A stretch of DNA of 64,000 nt from a virus, in IMG/VR virus record IMGVR_UViG_3300035204_001665, positions 1-64,000 of that record; one strand, written 5' to 3'. Both the position numbers and the translations under genes were made by a program. Of the stretch, positions 42,501 through 49,939 are shown piece by piece (position 1 is the first letter of the stretch; every line of letters starts with the position of its first letter). The notes under the pieces are model-generated. The model saw nothing but the letters and a program-made list of their open reading frames with translations, was not told where the DNA came from and did not search any database.

Positions 42501-44425
42501 GACGAATCCGGACTAAACCCCCATTGAGATTCGAATGCTTTCCCGTAAGATTTTCCCGCCTTGCCGGGGGGGATAATCGCTGGCTGTTTTATTCCGGGAA
42601 ATCTTTTTACTTTTTCTGCGCCGTTATAAGTCACCCTTCCTTCTCCCGGAATACTCATTGTTTTAATCCGTCCGGGTTTATAACCTGCCTGCAGAGCACC
42701 AATGTATTCGCTCATTCCGGCGTTAAAGCTAGGAACATGACCTGAACTTTTTCTGATGAGTGTAGTCGTTCCTGTAGATTTATCAATTCTCGCGCCGACT
42801 TGCGAGCCCACCGCCGGAGTCATTTGTCTTGAAAGGGACAAGAGCTTTTCTCTTGCGATAATTTCTGACTTCAAGGCTTCTAAAATCAAGTTTTCAGCTT
42901 TGAGTACGGACATCTCTCCGGTTTCTATCTTTTTAATTAAAGCTGGGTTAGACGAAAGGATACCGTGAATTTGTTGCTGAACCGCTGCCTGTTGCTGGGC
43001 AGCTTTATTCAGCCCCATCATATCTTTCGTAGACTTAGCAAGGAAAGTTACAAAGTTATAAAATAATTTACCCGCTATCGCTGTTAGCGCTATCAATCCC
43101 GGTCCAGATAAAAAGTTCCCGATAGACTGCATTACGCCCTTTGCCATCCTCCCCCCGAAATCGTTAGCTTCTTTATCGTTGAAACCGAAGAACCCTGCGA
43201 TGTCTCCAAAAAAACTAGTTTTCTCAGTCAATTTATTAAAACCGTCCAATAGAGCCCTAAACGCTGGCTCAAATGACAGTGCCCCTATCTCTGCGCCCAT
43301 CTTGGTAAGATTTTGCACAGACTCATTTGTTAGTGCCGCTAAGGTTTTATTTAGTTCTTGATTTCTACGTATGGCTTCATCAGTAGTATTAAGCGAAGTC
43401 TTAAGTGCTTGTTCATATATAGACGTTCCCTTTTTTAAATCTCCTAAAATCGCCTTTAAAATATTCATCTGATAAACACCACCGACCAGCTCTGCGGTTT
43501 GAGCCTTGGCTGCAGAACCCAAGCCATCATACGCCTTCGCGAAATCTTTCATGATTGCCATGGCTGGGCGTAAGTCTCCGTTCATCTTCTTTACTTGAAC
43601 GCCCAAAGCTTCTAACTGTTGCTGGACACCTGTCCTCTGGACTCTTGTAAAAATTGTTTTTAGGGAGTTACCAATAATATTACCGCCTCTGGCAGTTGTT
43701 TGTTGGGCTGAAGTAACCACCGCTATCAGTTCATCAAAACTTACATTTGCTCCTTCAGCGGTTGATGCGACTCTTTTTATAGCCTCAGCTAAATCATTAG
43801 TACTAACCGCGAAAGCTGCATCCACATTTGCCATTTTATTAATAATTTCCGTAGAGGTAATTGCCGTTCTATTGAAACTGTTAATAGCGGCCGTTAGAGA
43901 ATTCACGGCGGCGGTGGCATCCATACCCGATAGTCTCATTAATATCAGAGCGTCTCTTGTTCGAGTAATGGTTTTTTCCATTCCCAGACCCTGCCTAGCA
44001 AATTCTTGAGCGGCCTCACCGACCTGTTGAAAAGATTGCCCTGTATTTTTTGCTACGTCGAAGAGGTTATTACTGAATTTTTTTAAATTTGAACTTGAAG
44101 CATTGAGAATTACATTGATGCCAGCTAGAGTTTTTTCAACCTCTATTGTAGCTTTAGCCATTTCCTTAAAAGCACTAGTAACTCCATATAAAATTCCTGC
44201 CGAAGCGGTAAAGGCAATAACGCGGGCGTTAGAAGCATCTAAACTTTTTTGGAATTCGGCGATTGAACCAGTAATTTTACCAAGTGGTTGGGTGAATTTT
44301 TTAGAGTCTATGCCCTGTAGTTTTATTTGGGTACGCTCAGCCTTTCTGGCAAAATTAGCCAGATCCTTCTCCGCTCGACTAGTATCTAACCTAGCCTCTC
44401 CTTCAATTCTAAAGTCTACAGCCAT
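30506..44425 (-). CDS. Giant tail tape measure protein (4639 aa)
   Basis: TP901-type TMP core (EFARQG, AAFAV...DLAEAI.R, GN.LKTIFTR), long helical regions, and C-terminal GG.V.G.SGTKDDVPA.L..GEYV motifs. Lies downstream of the tube and chaperone genes. Confidence 0.9.
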   Translation of the reverse strand: MAVDFRIEGEARLDTSRAEKDLANFARKAERTQIKLQGIDSKKFTQPLGKITGSIAEFQKSLDASNARVIAFTASAGILYGVTSAFKEMAKATIEVEKTLAGINVILNASSSNLKKFSNNLFDVAKNTGQSFQQVGEAAQEFARQGLGMEKTITRTRDALILMRLSGMDATAAVNSLTAAINSFNRTAITSTEIINKMANVDAAFAVSTNDLAEAIKRVASTAEGANVSFDELIAVVTSAQQTTARGGNIIGNSLKTIFTRVQRTGVQQQLEALGVQVKKMNGDLRPAMAIMKDFAKAYDGLGSAAKAQTAELVGGVYQMNILKAILGDLKKGTSIYEQALKTSLNTTDEAIRRNQELNKTLAALTNESVQNLTKMGAEIGALSFEPAFRALLDGFNKLTEKTSFFGDIAGFFGFNDKEANDFGGRMAKGVMQSIGNFLSGPGLIALTAIAGKLFYNFVTFLAKSTKDMMGLNKAAQQQAAVQQQIHGILSSNPALIKKIETGEMSVLKAENLILEALKSEIIAREKLLSLSRQMTPAVGSQVGARIDKSTGTTTLIRKSSGHVPSFNAGMSEYIGALQAGYKPGRIKTMSIPGEGRVTYNGAEKVKRFPGIKQPAIIPPGKAGKSYGKAFESQWGFSPDSSGPSAFGFVPNLLQFLTSLRLGVDKQGRQGSSGRLKIRGDVLAKEVGPELGKVIKYVIPGSEYVTINTLGQQKPITEKERAGFTKGTGRRAAKKGGQQEAALAARYGGFGMGRFRGKSQAAKDMDPQKLKLPYDSGERVGGRNFAVESKPSFRARYVAQIFKKTLYETNSSSLRHLKRRLQSKIKGGDQMAAAHLRTLENRIGIETKNRGNELSTWTMSPSGTPAIGSLGEMNRIMGFDTKNALAARKEKLFSGGFIPNFAVAEPRRVGGVWDATRSAAMLVPEMGLGAGRGTSAIASVPGTGRGKKSTRIKFNIYDPDIPKNRRDSLHKKVEKSLTKTATAYAREFSPDPIKPALTPEPGKYFNTGALKSAVGNVFEAGLDAAFARAKDVETARFDVRSGTKGSGKVRNLFGVPFVGHADYKAQNSPTLRKSMAEKIANEFRRIRSEVSSKKGTKGKGKSGGFIPNFGVMEAIETEQALGGKPTLDYNPRVGVYVRDAKTQSSFADVVRDHPEGIGRAVQNSKAAQKVLSSSGFVPNFAEDEGGGMTGVDTGINTMALAFMAMGAKDLADKFKETGSAAIELRTRFEAMQAEGEDLKERQRELGDGAEQAEQALEEFAKNLKNTKKDDKDLAKADKLDKERGRDDLTGKEKSEAREKAGLKGRKTSSMTDEEKEKLEKEENKILTQSNKDRKKEADEIRASVQQRKKNKVSRTKEGAALDKEVATRKQLEIDLQEERAAHDKNSAALTREAAAHNRNAMSSGQMVGGAAAGAAGGGMMGSLKRGGGMVGQWGQQGAMMGMMAMPMVGGAMAGLGMDEQKSKVVQDSMSIGLMGAMSGNPWVMAGAATFAVLDGIEKWGEASRDQTKKWKEALEGANEKLQEFQNLSQEYLKNQAEYQQALTDPDISPEQLKKRTDAMFESVRNVPREFAADVRAAAHSGDELKKTFERIEKSLKDVAKDIEAAGTIEKGRKERDEIGWWFWGHQGGDKTGVEGGFGGGAAAAGGAEQARKQRFNAAAARDAVVDSVMRRLEKEDVQGFAGKELRRKLMAGTRPGIKHNERVKNNMQWFAEVGLNPELMEAIEQVLVKGIHDMTALNGAILHRLKAESEAADELDKLAEVIRKNKEISGVFNVAMKRAGEQLDHFNFNLKSITDIARKRVEGHNERRRMRESYSRKAVLTNARGHSKLIDPFEGKWDQMQRKQQIAEMATMEKYLASGQLLVAKTQRSIIGVLDKKLDENAKTVQRLQLKQYKEGQPLSITEKTELKKRERAQQAFSEILGKALHQSAAAPEQMMPNIVKNLRRELNTVGLSSTEIDSVVNEIGSLKESAEQSLMKLLQQQQEEIMIQKIQTKNQERLIELQQQLKFGGGIASFAGGERWKKTRSLREERAEAEFSPTIPQRLMNRGRADFKSLQDLTKNFSMDAGQLSDPTYDKMIASAVLGLTLDVQKQLKIKDKNLRSWGGAKPDDELWRQGVFKSMSEGAIDDAMQQVSAALKLKALPEDVIKIRNDMELLREMFGDQWRFLEEANQSAFTRAIKETGIDNIGTVITATNEAGFQSIDDSLSRLITAFNVGFGIQTYMKNLQEINKNEKRAMQLMNSTSDAEQERLSQQGKMDVQFKDLRSKYLAMQMGWMKWDQGNLLADGSGGTAEKAQREARTAQAKAFMSVGQALFDDPNLSHAGRVEALKQIARGQIPSDVRFDSGVLANMGPDFQANLAVAKAGNWQPWEKDAAGNTVWSQDGMYRKRGTYTQKELDAGRIVPLGGGALPAIGDDFFENGVSDEGDFFVKYKKGEEATLYGALSQIIDRNVGTGTQWVKMFTSLLGGTTGGDRVINQQGAWFMAKKLGYTGVEPNDRTGDRGDEDWLASYKHAYQKYMKYGEDLPNISRRAQIAEKERLAEAHRQRGDIWTLKGDNITEFSRRDNIDKHEKRELEIQRKKAYSEAERHKKLSIKLSKEALGMSEEWDLAPNDKQEQYFKDALEWERRRIRLLDERIDRQEAVLNLKAKERAIDQGGQVFEVSGAGPLNPPPPADLARDFRERAVRNQALKVRDARIELAVDKETARKEVPKAGSYGESGMKKNRFWQGALAIDAYFRLQASENLKDQEDAERYKASLVGGWTKGGKGGKKSIDMTDAELRDLATGLKRLAALRDQEYYNEERERLNEGRDPNLRPMTAGPSLFTDWGKEFWWNQQQERMSQMDAILPDFKRIQKEAEWLFRGGTAKEWAGFGTGTRLGLTAVAESSPQSVLNEVQMALETGIKESKIEGSIRSRLEQLQDKFDNDIDNFDRQDALEQAQLMGVLEAIKKIGEEHGDVVKLQEYRLRIEKAIANVQAGSLQDQIKALQILRDIDIQKFMEKGYAADTAFKRAKFTGLESRTELGQLKDTSLGYKFKEVFADWGRDQDFDKILGGDFALTDFQKTLVDRLEVLFDEDHENFFRKLQGTLDDNVQKLMKLERLPATRDNRAAFSAARATRHSASMERLQFGGYTPNVSLQAARYGITAEEVKGYDAPAPRRGAMPADTQTVPPAHYVKKYGDNAKAKWAGLTPAEKHVEWKKQMATEHASAVGDWRRGRKATEEKFTAAGIPIGDRGSMLRTSVHQPGIGRLFGQPELGSNWDQAGRLSGVGGQMFGVGGWRHLAKAQQGPLGEEMKTYIKDQMIDLNDALENAMLDNLDTQLSPMKTVQEKITSLANLNELRVRKYESQFAKIYDNEIKDEAAKTERRRILFEMQLKNADQANEDLSQLNRRIFEASLTPTANRAGQREMRSGRIGLSMDAWRKNYASMAYQGGQSTGFDFWGAATRDPSAASAAQATRPTATAWRNARLKESDQTKVMAEEMRLELEIMEAQEEDPKKIAQLRAKYEHYKTQANALRQAAMQSDSVIRERYLDIQIAQKEVDKILKQYVEDQVDNLDDLIGGLTDQIRLEGLDPTLYAIQRMPAKKKKLDEQIRKILAPNEQLGTQLVMEDIRSVMEDATDAQRDTLKELQKLLKEGFNLQLQQLDAEIKELDRSILQLRSGPATSDNLQQLASGLEKRIEKSLEQFMFGTGGGGKDQNLIDTIKKRLGLDTSSGGKRPGYAPLGLFPSQSRLIQAGQAPANSWRSLNIGWNQTPEAARRAGIDARPLGGEAPGVPYWSDSKSPLKKKLGGLLASLGIQGKGERPKWITDLEKKFGLNKQGGRVLHGYLQGSLGTSEDVFGPGQSPEVQKRLFDELTQLDLGGQKLTPKQIREFYLAMTKAQKNFHENSLKMSKEAHDNRFQLERRTLYLMKASGAMPSAISAQEEKTWQAGRAAWQVGTASLLKDHPDLMPGKIQPGITTPIAPVIENMKVAAKRAWAKHDTLMLGEDVEGALAASEEAKKYEHQAKLLEQMAKDGKSLEEAWKNIKIKKLKNDLTDLREQINLDMLDPGTLSRETIEARREETRKSIKDGSYQMKQTFKDLFAAWHYGTKEMMIDADEALFTFGMEFRSGIASAFGEAIKGTKTLEEAFSDMFLKLADYALDQVLQMTVNRVIGSFAQAAPAATGGLITNNGVQKFARGGPVVGGSGTKDDVPAFLQQGEYVLRKAAVKKYGVSLIDLINNEGFGAVNKYATGGRVGAGVRAGRGPGKIVGDPKLGQPAYILYPDGSKTLVSEMTALRRQRGLPQYEHTDPDPSFFGKKNYKVDYWTHLSEPTTHGGLGMSTKDIAKLKAQWEANAFADPQEGLVSNIKHGREGRWVDYNLRNAFVYDSDKFPSLDHSYFSIDPRLTRQALADSDNPRNKIRQDKVSKLYSYYEDRASDLIAHAEAVAKWKAAKKKRMKYSMIAAAASLGISALTGGAGLGMPGAQGTVGGNFFSWLGGASGGAVTSRGIGKATGGLIGDAIPAMLMGGEYVVNRSAVQKYGSDFFTQLNKGNVPAFASGGYVGGNGLRSSKGSEKNAKGIMSEPSVADGDTTNNITINVNLNENGGITTDVNTGGEGISLEKARSLGTLIKQTVVETIVQQKRQGGILHQSTQNRG

Positions 44426-44467
44426 GTCCCTTAAACCTTAATTATTAATTACACTGGTTTAATGGGA

Positions 44468-45496
44468 TTATTGATGATGAATCTCAATAAAATCATCCAT
44501 ATCCATAGTTCCCCCTCTTTTGGCTGCTTCATCAGCTAAGTTTATAGTTTGACTACTATTTTGCTTGTATCCTAGTTTTTCTAGGTCCTTTTTGGTCGCA
44601 CCGACAATTGTAGACGCGCCTTGCCCTTGCGCCCCCTTACCTTTGCTCATTTTCTCCATAGCTTCTTCTGCGTTTTTAGACCCCTCATAGAATTCAATCA
44701 GCGCGTCAGGGTCTTTTCTGATTTGCATTGGGGCTGGCGTCTTGGCGTCTTGAGCTAAATTTTTAAAATATCTACCATAAGTATATAGTTCATTTTGATT
44801 GTGGGTAAGTTGAACGACTGGTCTGCCATAAAAGTTGTATATATTATCATCACACAAATAAAAGAAATTTGTAAAAAATGTACATAACGATATTCTTTTT
44901 ATGTTTAAGTGATTAAGTAACTTACTTCTTGAACTATACGCTTGATATATAGAGGTCAGTTCCTGATCATTTAGTTCATCGAATTCCTCGGGAGAATAGA
45001 GTAGCTTTTTATATTCCTTATCCTTAAAGAGTACTTGGTGCATAAAATATTCGTTGCTTCTTTTTTCTGCGTATGCTTCTGCCACGAAACCTACTAGCTG
45101 ATTTCTTCTGTTTATTATCTCATTAAGTTTTTTAGAGTTTTCTTCAATTAATTTTCTAACCCTTTGGATTTCGGAGTCTAGAAATAACTTGCTTTTAGTT
45201 GCTTGAAGATTGTCGGTATAAGTTTTGAGCTGGGCCATTTCTGTCTCTTGTGACCTATCCCAAAGACCTTCCGAAGCTAGATAGTCTAATTGCTCTCTTC
45301 TAGTGGGTAGCCCCATACCCCTAGCTTTATCAAAAGAATTTTTGTAACATTTGTCCGTATCTATGGAGTCATAGACATTTAGATGCTTTATATACCCCTC
45401 GTTATAATCGGTTTTTATGGGGGTATAGCCATTTAGAATATCTAGATATACTATTTTTAACTCTTCCTCAGAGGGCGCTGCTTCCTTTTTGGCCAT
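44468..45496 (-). CDS. Hypothetical protein, probable tail assembly chaperone
   Basis: Helical 342-aa protein immediately upstream of the TMP. Positional inference. Confidence 0.45.
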   Translation of the reverse strand: MAKKEAAPSEEELKIVYLDILNGYTPIKTDYNEGYIKHLNVYDSIDTDKCYKNSFDKARGMGLPTRREQLDYLASEGLWDRSQETEMAQLKTYTDNLQATKSKLFLDSEIQRVRKLIEENSKKLNEIINRRNQLVGFVAEAYAEKRSNEYFMHQVLFKDKEYKKLLYSPEEFDELNDQELTSIYQAYSSRSKLLNHLNIKRISLCTFFTNFFYLCDDNIYNFYGRPVVQLTHNQNELYTYGRYFKNLAQDAKTPAPMQIRKDPDALIEFYEGSKNAEEAMEKMSKGKGAQGQGASTIVGATKKDLEKLGYKQNSSQTINLADEAAKRGGTMDMDDFIEIHHQ

Positions 45497-45506
45497 GATA
45501 AAAGTT

Positions 45507-46490
45507 TTAAGTTAGGTTCACATCTTGATTTTCTTTTTCGACTTTGGCTTCGCTTTCCGTTTTTTCTTTGTCCGCAGCTTCGCTTTTAACTTTAGCTTTT
45601 GTTTTGACCCTTTTCTTTTTTTCTTTTGCACTAGACTCTTTAGCCACAGCCACAGTTTCTTCAACTTGTATTTCATTTTCTGCTCCTTCTTCTCCCTCTT
45701 TTCCTTGTTCGAATTCTACCTCGTATTTAGAGTCATCCTCTCCTAGGTCTGCTTGCTCTGCGAATTTAATTAGTTCCTTAAACTGATCGGGATCGCTAGT
45801 CTTACTTACGTACCAGAAACTTACATAATAAAAAAACTTATTAAGTGTGCCCAGTACCCAATCATCATCGTTTTCTTCCATCTCATCATATCTAGCCAGC
45901 TTTTCTTCATAAGTGCCCTCTCCAAAATAGCTAGACTCTTTTTCTTTTTCGTCGACCTGATAACCAAGGTGGAGAACCCACCAAAGAATAGTCTTGTTTC
46001 TTGCCCTATTTTCTGCAGTTTGATCATAAAGACTAGACTGATTCGATTCAAATTCCTGTATCCTTTCTCTAGCGTTAGAAAGAAATTCCGAAATCTCTGT
46101 GAATTTTTCCTTTTCTTCTGCGGATCTTTCTTCTGTAGTTTTTAGGGCAATCTTTTGTAATTCTACTTGCTTGTCGAATACGTCGTTATATAACGCGCCG
46201 AACTCGTCTTTTTCCTTGTCACTTAAGATGCCCCCATCGTTACTAAATCTTTTTGCCAACAACGCCCTAGTTAAAAGGCCGGCCTTAATACCTTCTGATA
46301 GCTTGACCCCATAGAATAGCTCCGCATCATCATATAGTTTTCTAGTGGGCCTTCTAATGAAAAACTTCTTGTCTACAGATTTAATTACATCTTTACTGAC
46401 TGTAATATCTGCACCGTCATCGCCCTTTCCCTGAGATACCTCCTTTACCGTCTCCTCTTTAGGGAGAACAAATTCATATATTCTTTTCAT
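45507..46490 (-). CDS. Hypothetical protein, probable tail assembly chaperone
   Basis: Coiled-coil, acidic protein between the tube gene and the TMP. Positional inference. Confidence 0.45.
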   Translation of the reverse strand: MKRIYEFVLPKEETVKEVSQGKGDDGADITVSKDVIKSVDKKFFIRRPTRKLYDDAELFYGVKLSEGIKAGLLTRALLAKRFSNDGGILSDKEKDEFGALYNDVFDKQVELQKIALKTTEERSAEEKEKFTEISEFLSNARERIQEFESNQSSLYDQTAENRARNKTILWWVLHLGYQVDEKEKESSYFGEGTYEEKLARYDEMEENDDDWVLGTLNKFFYYVSFWYVSKTSDPDQFKELIKFAEQADLGEDDSKYEVEFEQGKEGEEGAENEIQVEETVAVAKESSAKEKKKRVKTKAKVKSEAADKEKTESEAKVEKENQDVNLT

Positions 46491-46514
46491 ACCTTTTTCC
46501 TTATTATTATATTT

Positions 46515-46739
46515 TTATTTGAACTTAATATCAAAATTTTCCAGACTTTCCTCGAGCTCTCTTATGGCGTCATTACCATAATCTAGTACTCTTTTCCTAA
46601 TTTTTTGATAATCTTCGGGGGGAATAGATTGATCGTGGACCTTTAAGTCTTCAATAAGAATCAGAAAGTTTTTACACAAATTGATTACTTTCCTCCTATT
46701 GTGGAATGCAATAAATTCCCTACCTTTTTTTCCGTCCAT
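46515..46739 (-). CDS. Hypothetical protein
   Basis: 74-aa ORF with AAGGA-type RBS upstream. Confidence 0.6.
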   Translation of the reverse strand: MDGKKGREFIAFHNRRKVINLCKNFLILIEDLKVHDQSIPPEDYQKIRKRVLDYGNDAIRELEESLENFDIKFK

Positions 46740-46791
46740 TAATCCTTACTCCTTACCTATATTATACAGTTCAAAAAGCCTTAATTAATAT

Positions 46792-46823
46792 AAAAAAACC
46801 CCCCATTTTTCAATGGGAGGTTT
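46792..46823 (-). terminator. Rho-independent terminator after the tail tube gene
   Basis: AAACCTCCCATT-GAAA-AATGGGGGGTTT followed by a T run. Confidence 0.85.
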
Positions 46824-46844
46824 CTGTTTGTGTTAACTAAGGAA

Positions 46845-47954
46845 TTAGCTTACCGAACCACTCATGAACAATCCTCTATCAGTTTGAGAGGATGAACCGA
46901 TTTGAGTACTAAACGTTAGCGTTACGGACTCGTTATCTCCAATCGAGCTAGTAAAGGACTGGCTGTCCAATTTAGCCTTCTTAAGGAGGAACGCGATGTG
47001 TGCGTTTGCGCCATCGTTCAGGTGAACCGTCACGTCGTGGCTACGGTCCAAATCAATGATATCCGCTAGGTTACCAGTGGTTAAGTCTCCGACCAGTGCG
47101 TCTACGGTCATGGTTACTGTCACCGGGAAGGTAATCTCTCTAGCGAATGCAAAACGGCTGCCTAACTTATTCAGCGGCTCTCTTGCGAGGTCGAAACTAA
47201 GGTTATAGTTTTGAACCTTGGCATCACTAATCGCACCTTCCACGAATGGGAGGTCAAGAGTGATGTCACCGGGTTTGATCGCGTTAACGATACTCGAACC
47301 GGTTTGAGAGGTAGCTTCAGCAAGGCTGAACTTATATTTTGTGTTCTTCAAGCCGTCTGATGGGTTAACATGAGGTGAATATCCACCCGTACCTTGAATA
47401 AAGGCCATGTTAAGGGCTTCCACAGTAGATGAAGCCGTCGGGAATCCACCGACTGCTGCTTCAGATGTGTACGAAGCCATAAATCCATTACCAACGCCGA
47501 TCACGCGACTAAGATTAGTTGGGTTGCCGCCGTCTTCGGCTTCTGCGAATCCGACTGCGTCACTACCTTCAGATACAATCCGAATGTAGTAGTTTCTCTC
47601 GTCAGCGTCGTTATCCAAAATGTCAGTCAAACAGGACTCTGTCCCGCCTCCGATTTTGAATCCCATTTTATCTTCGTTATGGAAGCTGCAGAGATACCAA
47701 GAAAAGTCCAGACTTACAGTCGGCTGTTCCAAGATAACTCTATCGATGGCGGCGAGATCGCCGTATTGGTTTACGTCTTGTCTAGCGATGTCAAAACTAT
47801 AGTTAGCGCTTTGAATTCGCTTGAGCTGGTTAGGTGCATGTGTTCCAGACTCGTGATCCCAATCTCTTGTATCAACATGATTCGCGGAGTACCGCTTATC
47901 CGGTCCGGCGTACACTGCTTGACTTTGATAAATTACTCTATTTCTAGTGGCCAT
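46845..47954 (-). CDS. Major tail tube protein
   Basis: Beta-rich 369 aa with an internal duplication. Has its own RBS, late-type motif and terminator. Canonical position. Confidence 0.7.
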   Translation of the reverse strand: MATRNRVIYQSQAVYAGPDKRYSANHVDTRDWDHESGTHAPNQLKRIQSANYSFDIARQDVNQYGDLAAIDRVILEQPTVSLDFSWYLCSFHNEDKMGFKIGGGTESCLTDILDNDADERNYYIRIVSEGSDAVGFAEAEDGGNPTNLSRVIGVGNGFMASYTSEAAVGGFPTASSTVEALNMAFIQGTGGYSPHVNPSDGLKNTKYKFSLAEATSQTGSSIVNAIKPGDITLDLPFVEGAISDAKVQNYNLSFDLAREPLNKLGSRFAFAREITFPVTVTMTVDALVGDLTTGNLADIIDLDRSHDVTVHLNDGANAHIAFLLKKAKLDSQSFTSSIGDNESVTLTFSTQIGSSSQTDRGLFMSGSVS

Positions 47955-48013
47955 AATAAATATTCCTTATTTGTTATAAATTACATTTTATTTTAATTGT
48001 TGGGAACTATTGG

Positions 48014-48868
48014 TTACCCTTCTCGAGGATATCTTTCCAGCCCCAGTTCAAAATCTATGATTGCCTTAAATACCTCAGGGTTGGCGTTCTTTAGATTTTC
48101 CATATATCCCAAGCTAAATCTAGAAACATTTACTTCATCTATATGCAATTGATTATTATTGCCAATATCTCTAGTCAAGTTGTTATAATTATATACACCA
48201 GTTTTTAGTCCCCCAAGCACATTAAATGGATAATTTTGATCGGACAATATCGGGACCATAGTTCGAGCCTGATCCTTAAAAATAGAGCACGCTGCATCTA
48301 GGTTATATTGGGAATCAGCTAATATGACACCCCGAATGCTAATCTGAGTCCTGTCCAACCCGCCGAACGCCATCGGTTGGTTAGATCCACCGTTATTTTT
48401 AATAAAAATAGCAGGGTATGTAGTTACGGACGTGGGCAAACCCTCTACTGTTTGAGAGGTACTGGGTCTTAAGTCTATTTTATTCTCGAAAAGCAGTTCC
48501 TGTTCTGCCTTTGCAGTTAAATATACATTAAAATCTTTGACAGCATAATTTCCGCTAATTGTGCTGCTCGTGGTCGAATCGAAATAGACCTGCCCTTGGT
48601 TATAGTTAATATCTACCAACGGAGACTGGCCCGTGCTTTTAAAATTATTATCAACATATACTCCACTCAATATTTTAGCGTCTGTGATTGATTCGTCCGC
48701 CACCATTTGTTTGAACGGAGCTCCGTATGCATTGTAATTATAATATAACCCATCGACAGAATAGAAATTAGATCCGTAATTAGTATAGGCGTCTCCTTTG
48801 TCCAGCAAAGTATGATCTAACCATAATAGAAAGCTAGACATTACTCTATTTTCAAATTGAGTTTTCAT
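48014..48868 (-). CDS. Putative tail terminator/completion protein
   Basis: YPAIFI motif and position upstream of the tube gene. Confidence 0.45.
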   Translation of the reverse strand: MKTQFENRVMSSFLLWLDHTLLDKGDAYTNYGSNFYSVDGLYYNYNAYGAPFKQMVADESITDAKILSGVYVDNNFKSTGQSPLVDINYNQGQVYFDSTTSSTISGNYAVKDFNVYLTAKAEQELLFENKIDLRPSTSQTVEGLPTSVTTYPAIFIKNNGGSNQPMAFGGLDRTQISIRGVILADSQYNLDAACSIFKDQARTMVPILSDQNYPFNVLGGLKTGVYNYNNLTRDIGNNNQLHIDEVNVSRFSLGYMENLKNANPEVFKAIIDFELGLERYPREG

Positions 48869-49497
48869 AATCTACCCCATCCCGTTTTAAAAGTTTTCAA
48901 TATAGCTGACATATAGATAGTTCTTGTATACATTGCTGTACGCATTTCTCTGCTGGATTGTGTGCCCTTTCCGGACCGACTAGTCGGCACTATGTAAGTA
49001 TGATATATATAATTTCCTAACCCAGAGATCCCCTTTTCTATTCTCCGCAGCCAACTTCCCGGCTCCCAAGGCATAGGGGACGCAGAGTCCAGCTGTTTCA
49101 TATCTGGAGATTTTATACGGTAAGAATAGCTCACGCTTTTTTTTCTTACGGTCACGGTCGGCTTTCTTATTAATCTTGTATTAAATTCCAACATACTTCT
49201 TACTATACTAACCGGGCTGCTCCCAGCGTCAAAACCTATAAAAGTAAATAAGTTTCCATATCCGCCCAACGTTCCGCTTATATTCGCTGCAGATGCACCA
49301 GCTTCAATTTCTTTGGTGACTGGATGGTTATTAAAATTAGAAATTAATTCATTTCTTTTTCTAATAAATGCAGCGTTTACTCTTTGATGGACCTTGCGCT
49401 CTGGCTCGGAAGAAATTTGCCTTCCTTTTTTCTTCATACCGCTGTGCATCTTCGTTCTAACAGCGGTCTTGTTAATTTTAGCTTTAAATTTTCCCAT
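48865..49497 (-). CDS. Putative neck/tail completion protein (basic)
   Basis: Basic 210-aa protein in the connector-gene position. Confidence 0.4.
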   Translation of the reverse strand: MGKFKAKINKTAVRTKMHSGMKKKGRQISSEPERKVHQRVNAAFIRKRNELISNFNNHPVTKEIEAGASAANISGTLGGYGNLFTFIGFDAGSSPVSIVRSMLEFNTRLIRKPTVTVRKKSVSYSYRIKSPDMKQLDSASPMPWEPGSWLRRIEKGISGLGNYIYHTYIVPTSRSGKGTQSSREMRTAMYTRTIYMSAILKTFKTGWGRL

Positions 49498-49937
49498 TAA
49501 AATACCTCCTCGACAAAATATACATACATTTTCATACCGAAGTAGTCTTTAACTGAAGCACTGCTAACTAATTTGAAACTTTTTTCATCTATCTCTATTT
49601 TTATGGTTTTGCCAGTGTCTATGTAGTCCTTGGTGGCCTCCCTGACCTTAATCGCCACCTCTCCTTGGGGAATATTGATACCTGCCCAAGCTTCGGTCTC
49701 TTGTCCTTGTTTTCTATTGTACTGTATGATCGCCTTGTGCTTTTCACTTCTAGGCAAGTATTCTATGTTGGCGGGGGCAGAGGTCTCATCATATCCGGGT
49801 AATAGGTGAGCATCTACAGCCACCACTTTTTTCTGTGGTTCTTTATGAACAGTTATATCCCTAGAAAATGTATCAAACAAATCCAAAACTGAATTTTGGA
49901 AAGATACCTTATCTGTATTTGACAGTAGATCAGCCAT
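49497..49937 (-). CDS. Putative head-tail joining (stopper) protein
   Basis: 146 aa, beta-rich. Positional inference. Confidence 0.4.
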   Translation of the reverse strand: MADLLSNTDKVSFQNSVLDLFDTFSRDITVHKEPQKKVVAVDAHLLPGYDETSAPANIEYLPRSEKHKAIIQYNRKQGQETEAWAGINIPQGEVAIKVREATKDYIDTGKTIKIEIDEKSFKLVSSASVKDYFGMKMYVYFVEEVF

Positions 49938-49939
49938 AT

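Noticed and set aside
44468-46490. Programmed frameshift between the two chaperone-position genes
   Set aside because: They are separate ORFs 10 bp apart, the second has its own ATG, and I could not identify a convincing slippery site.
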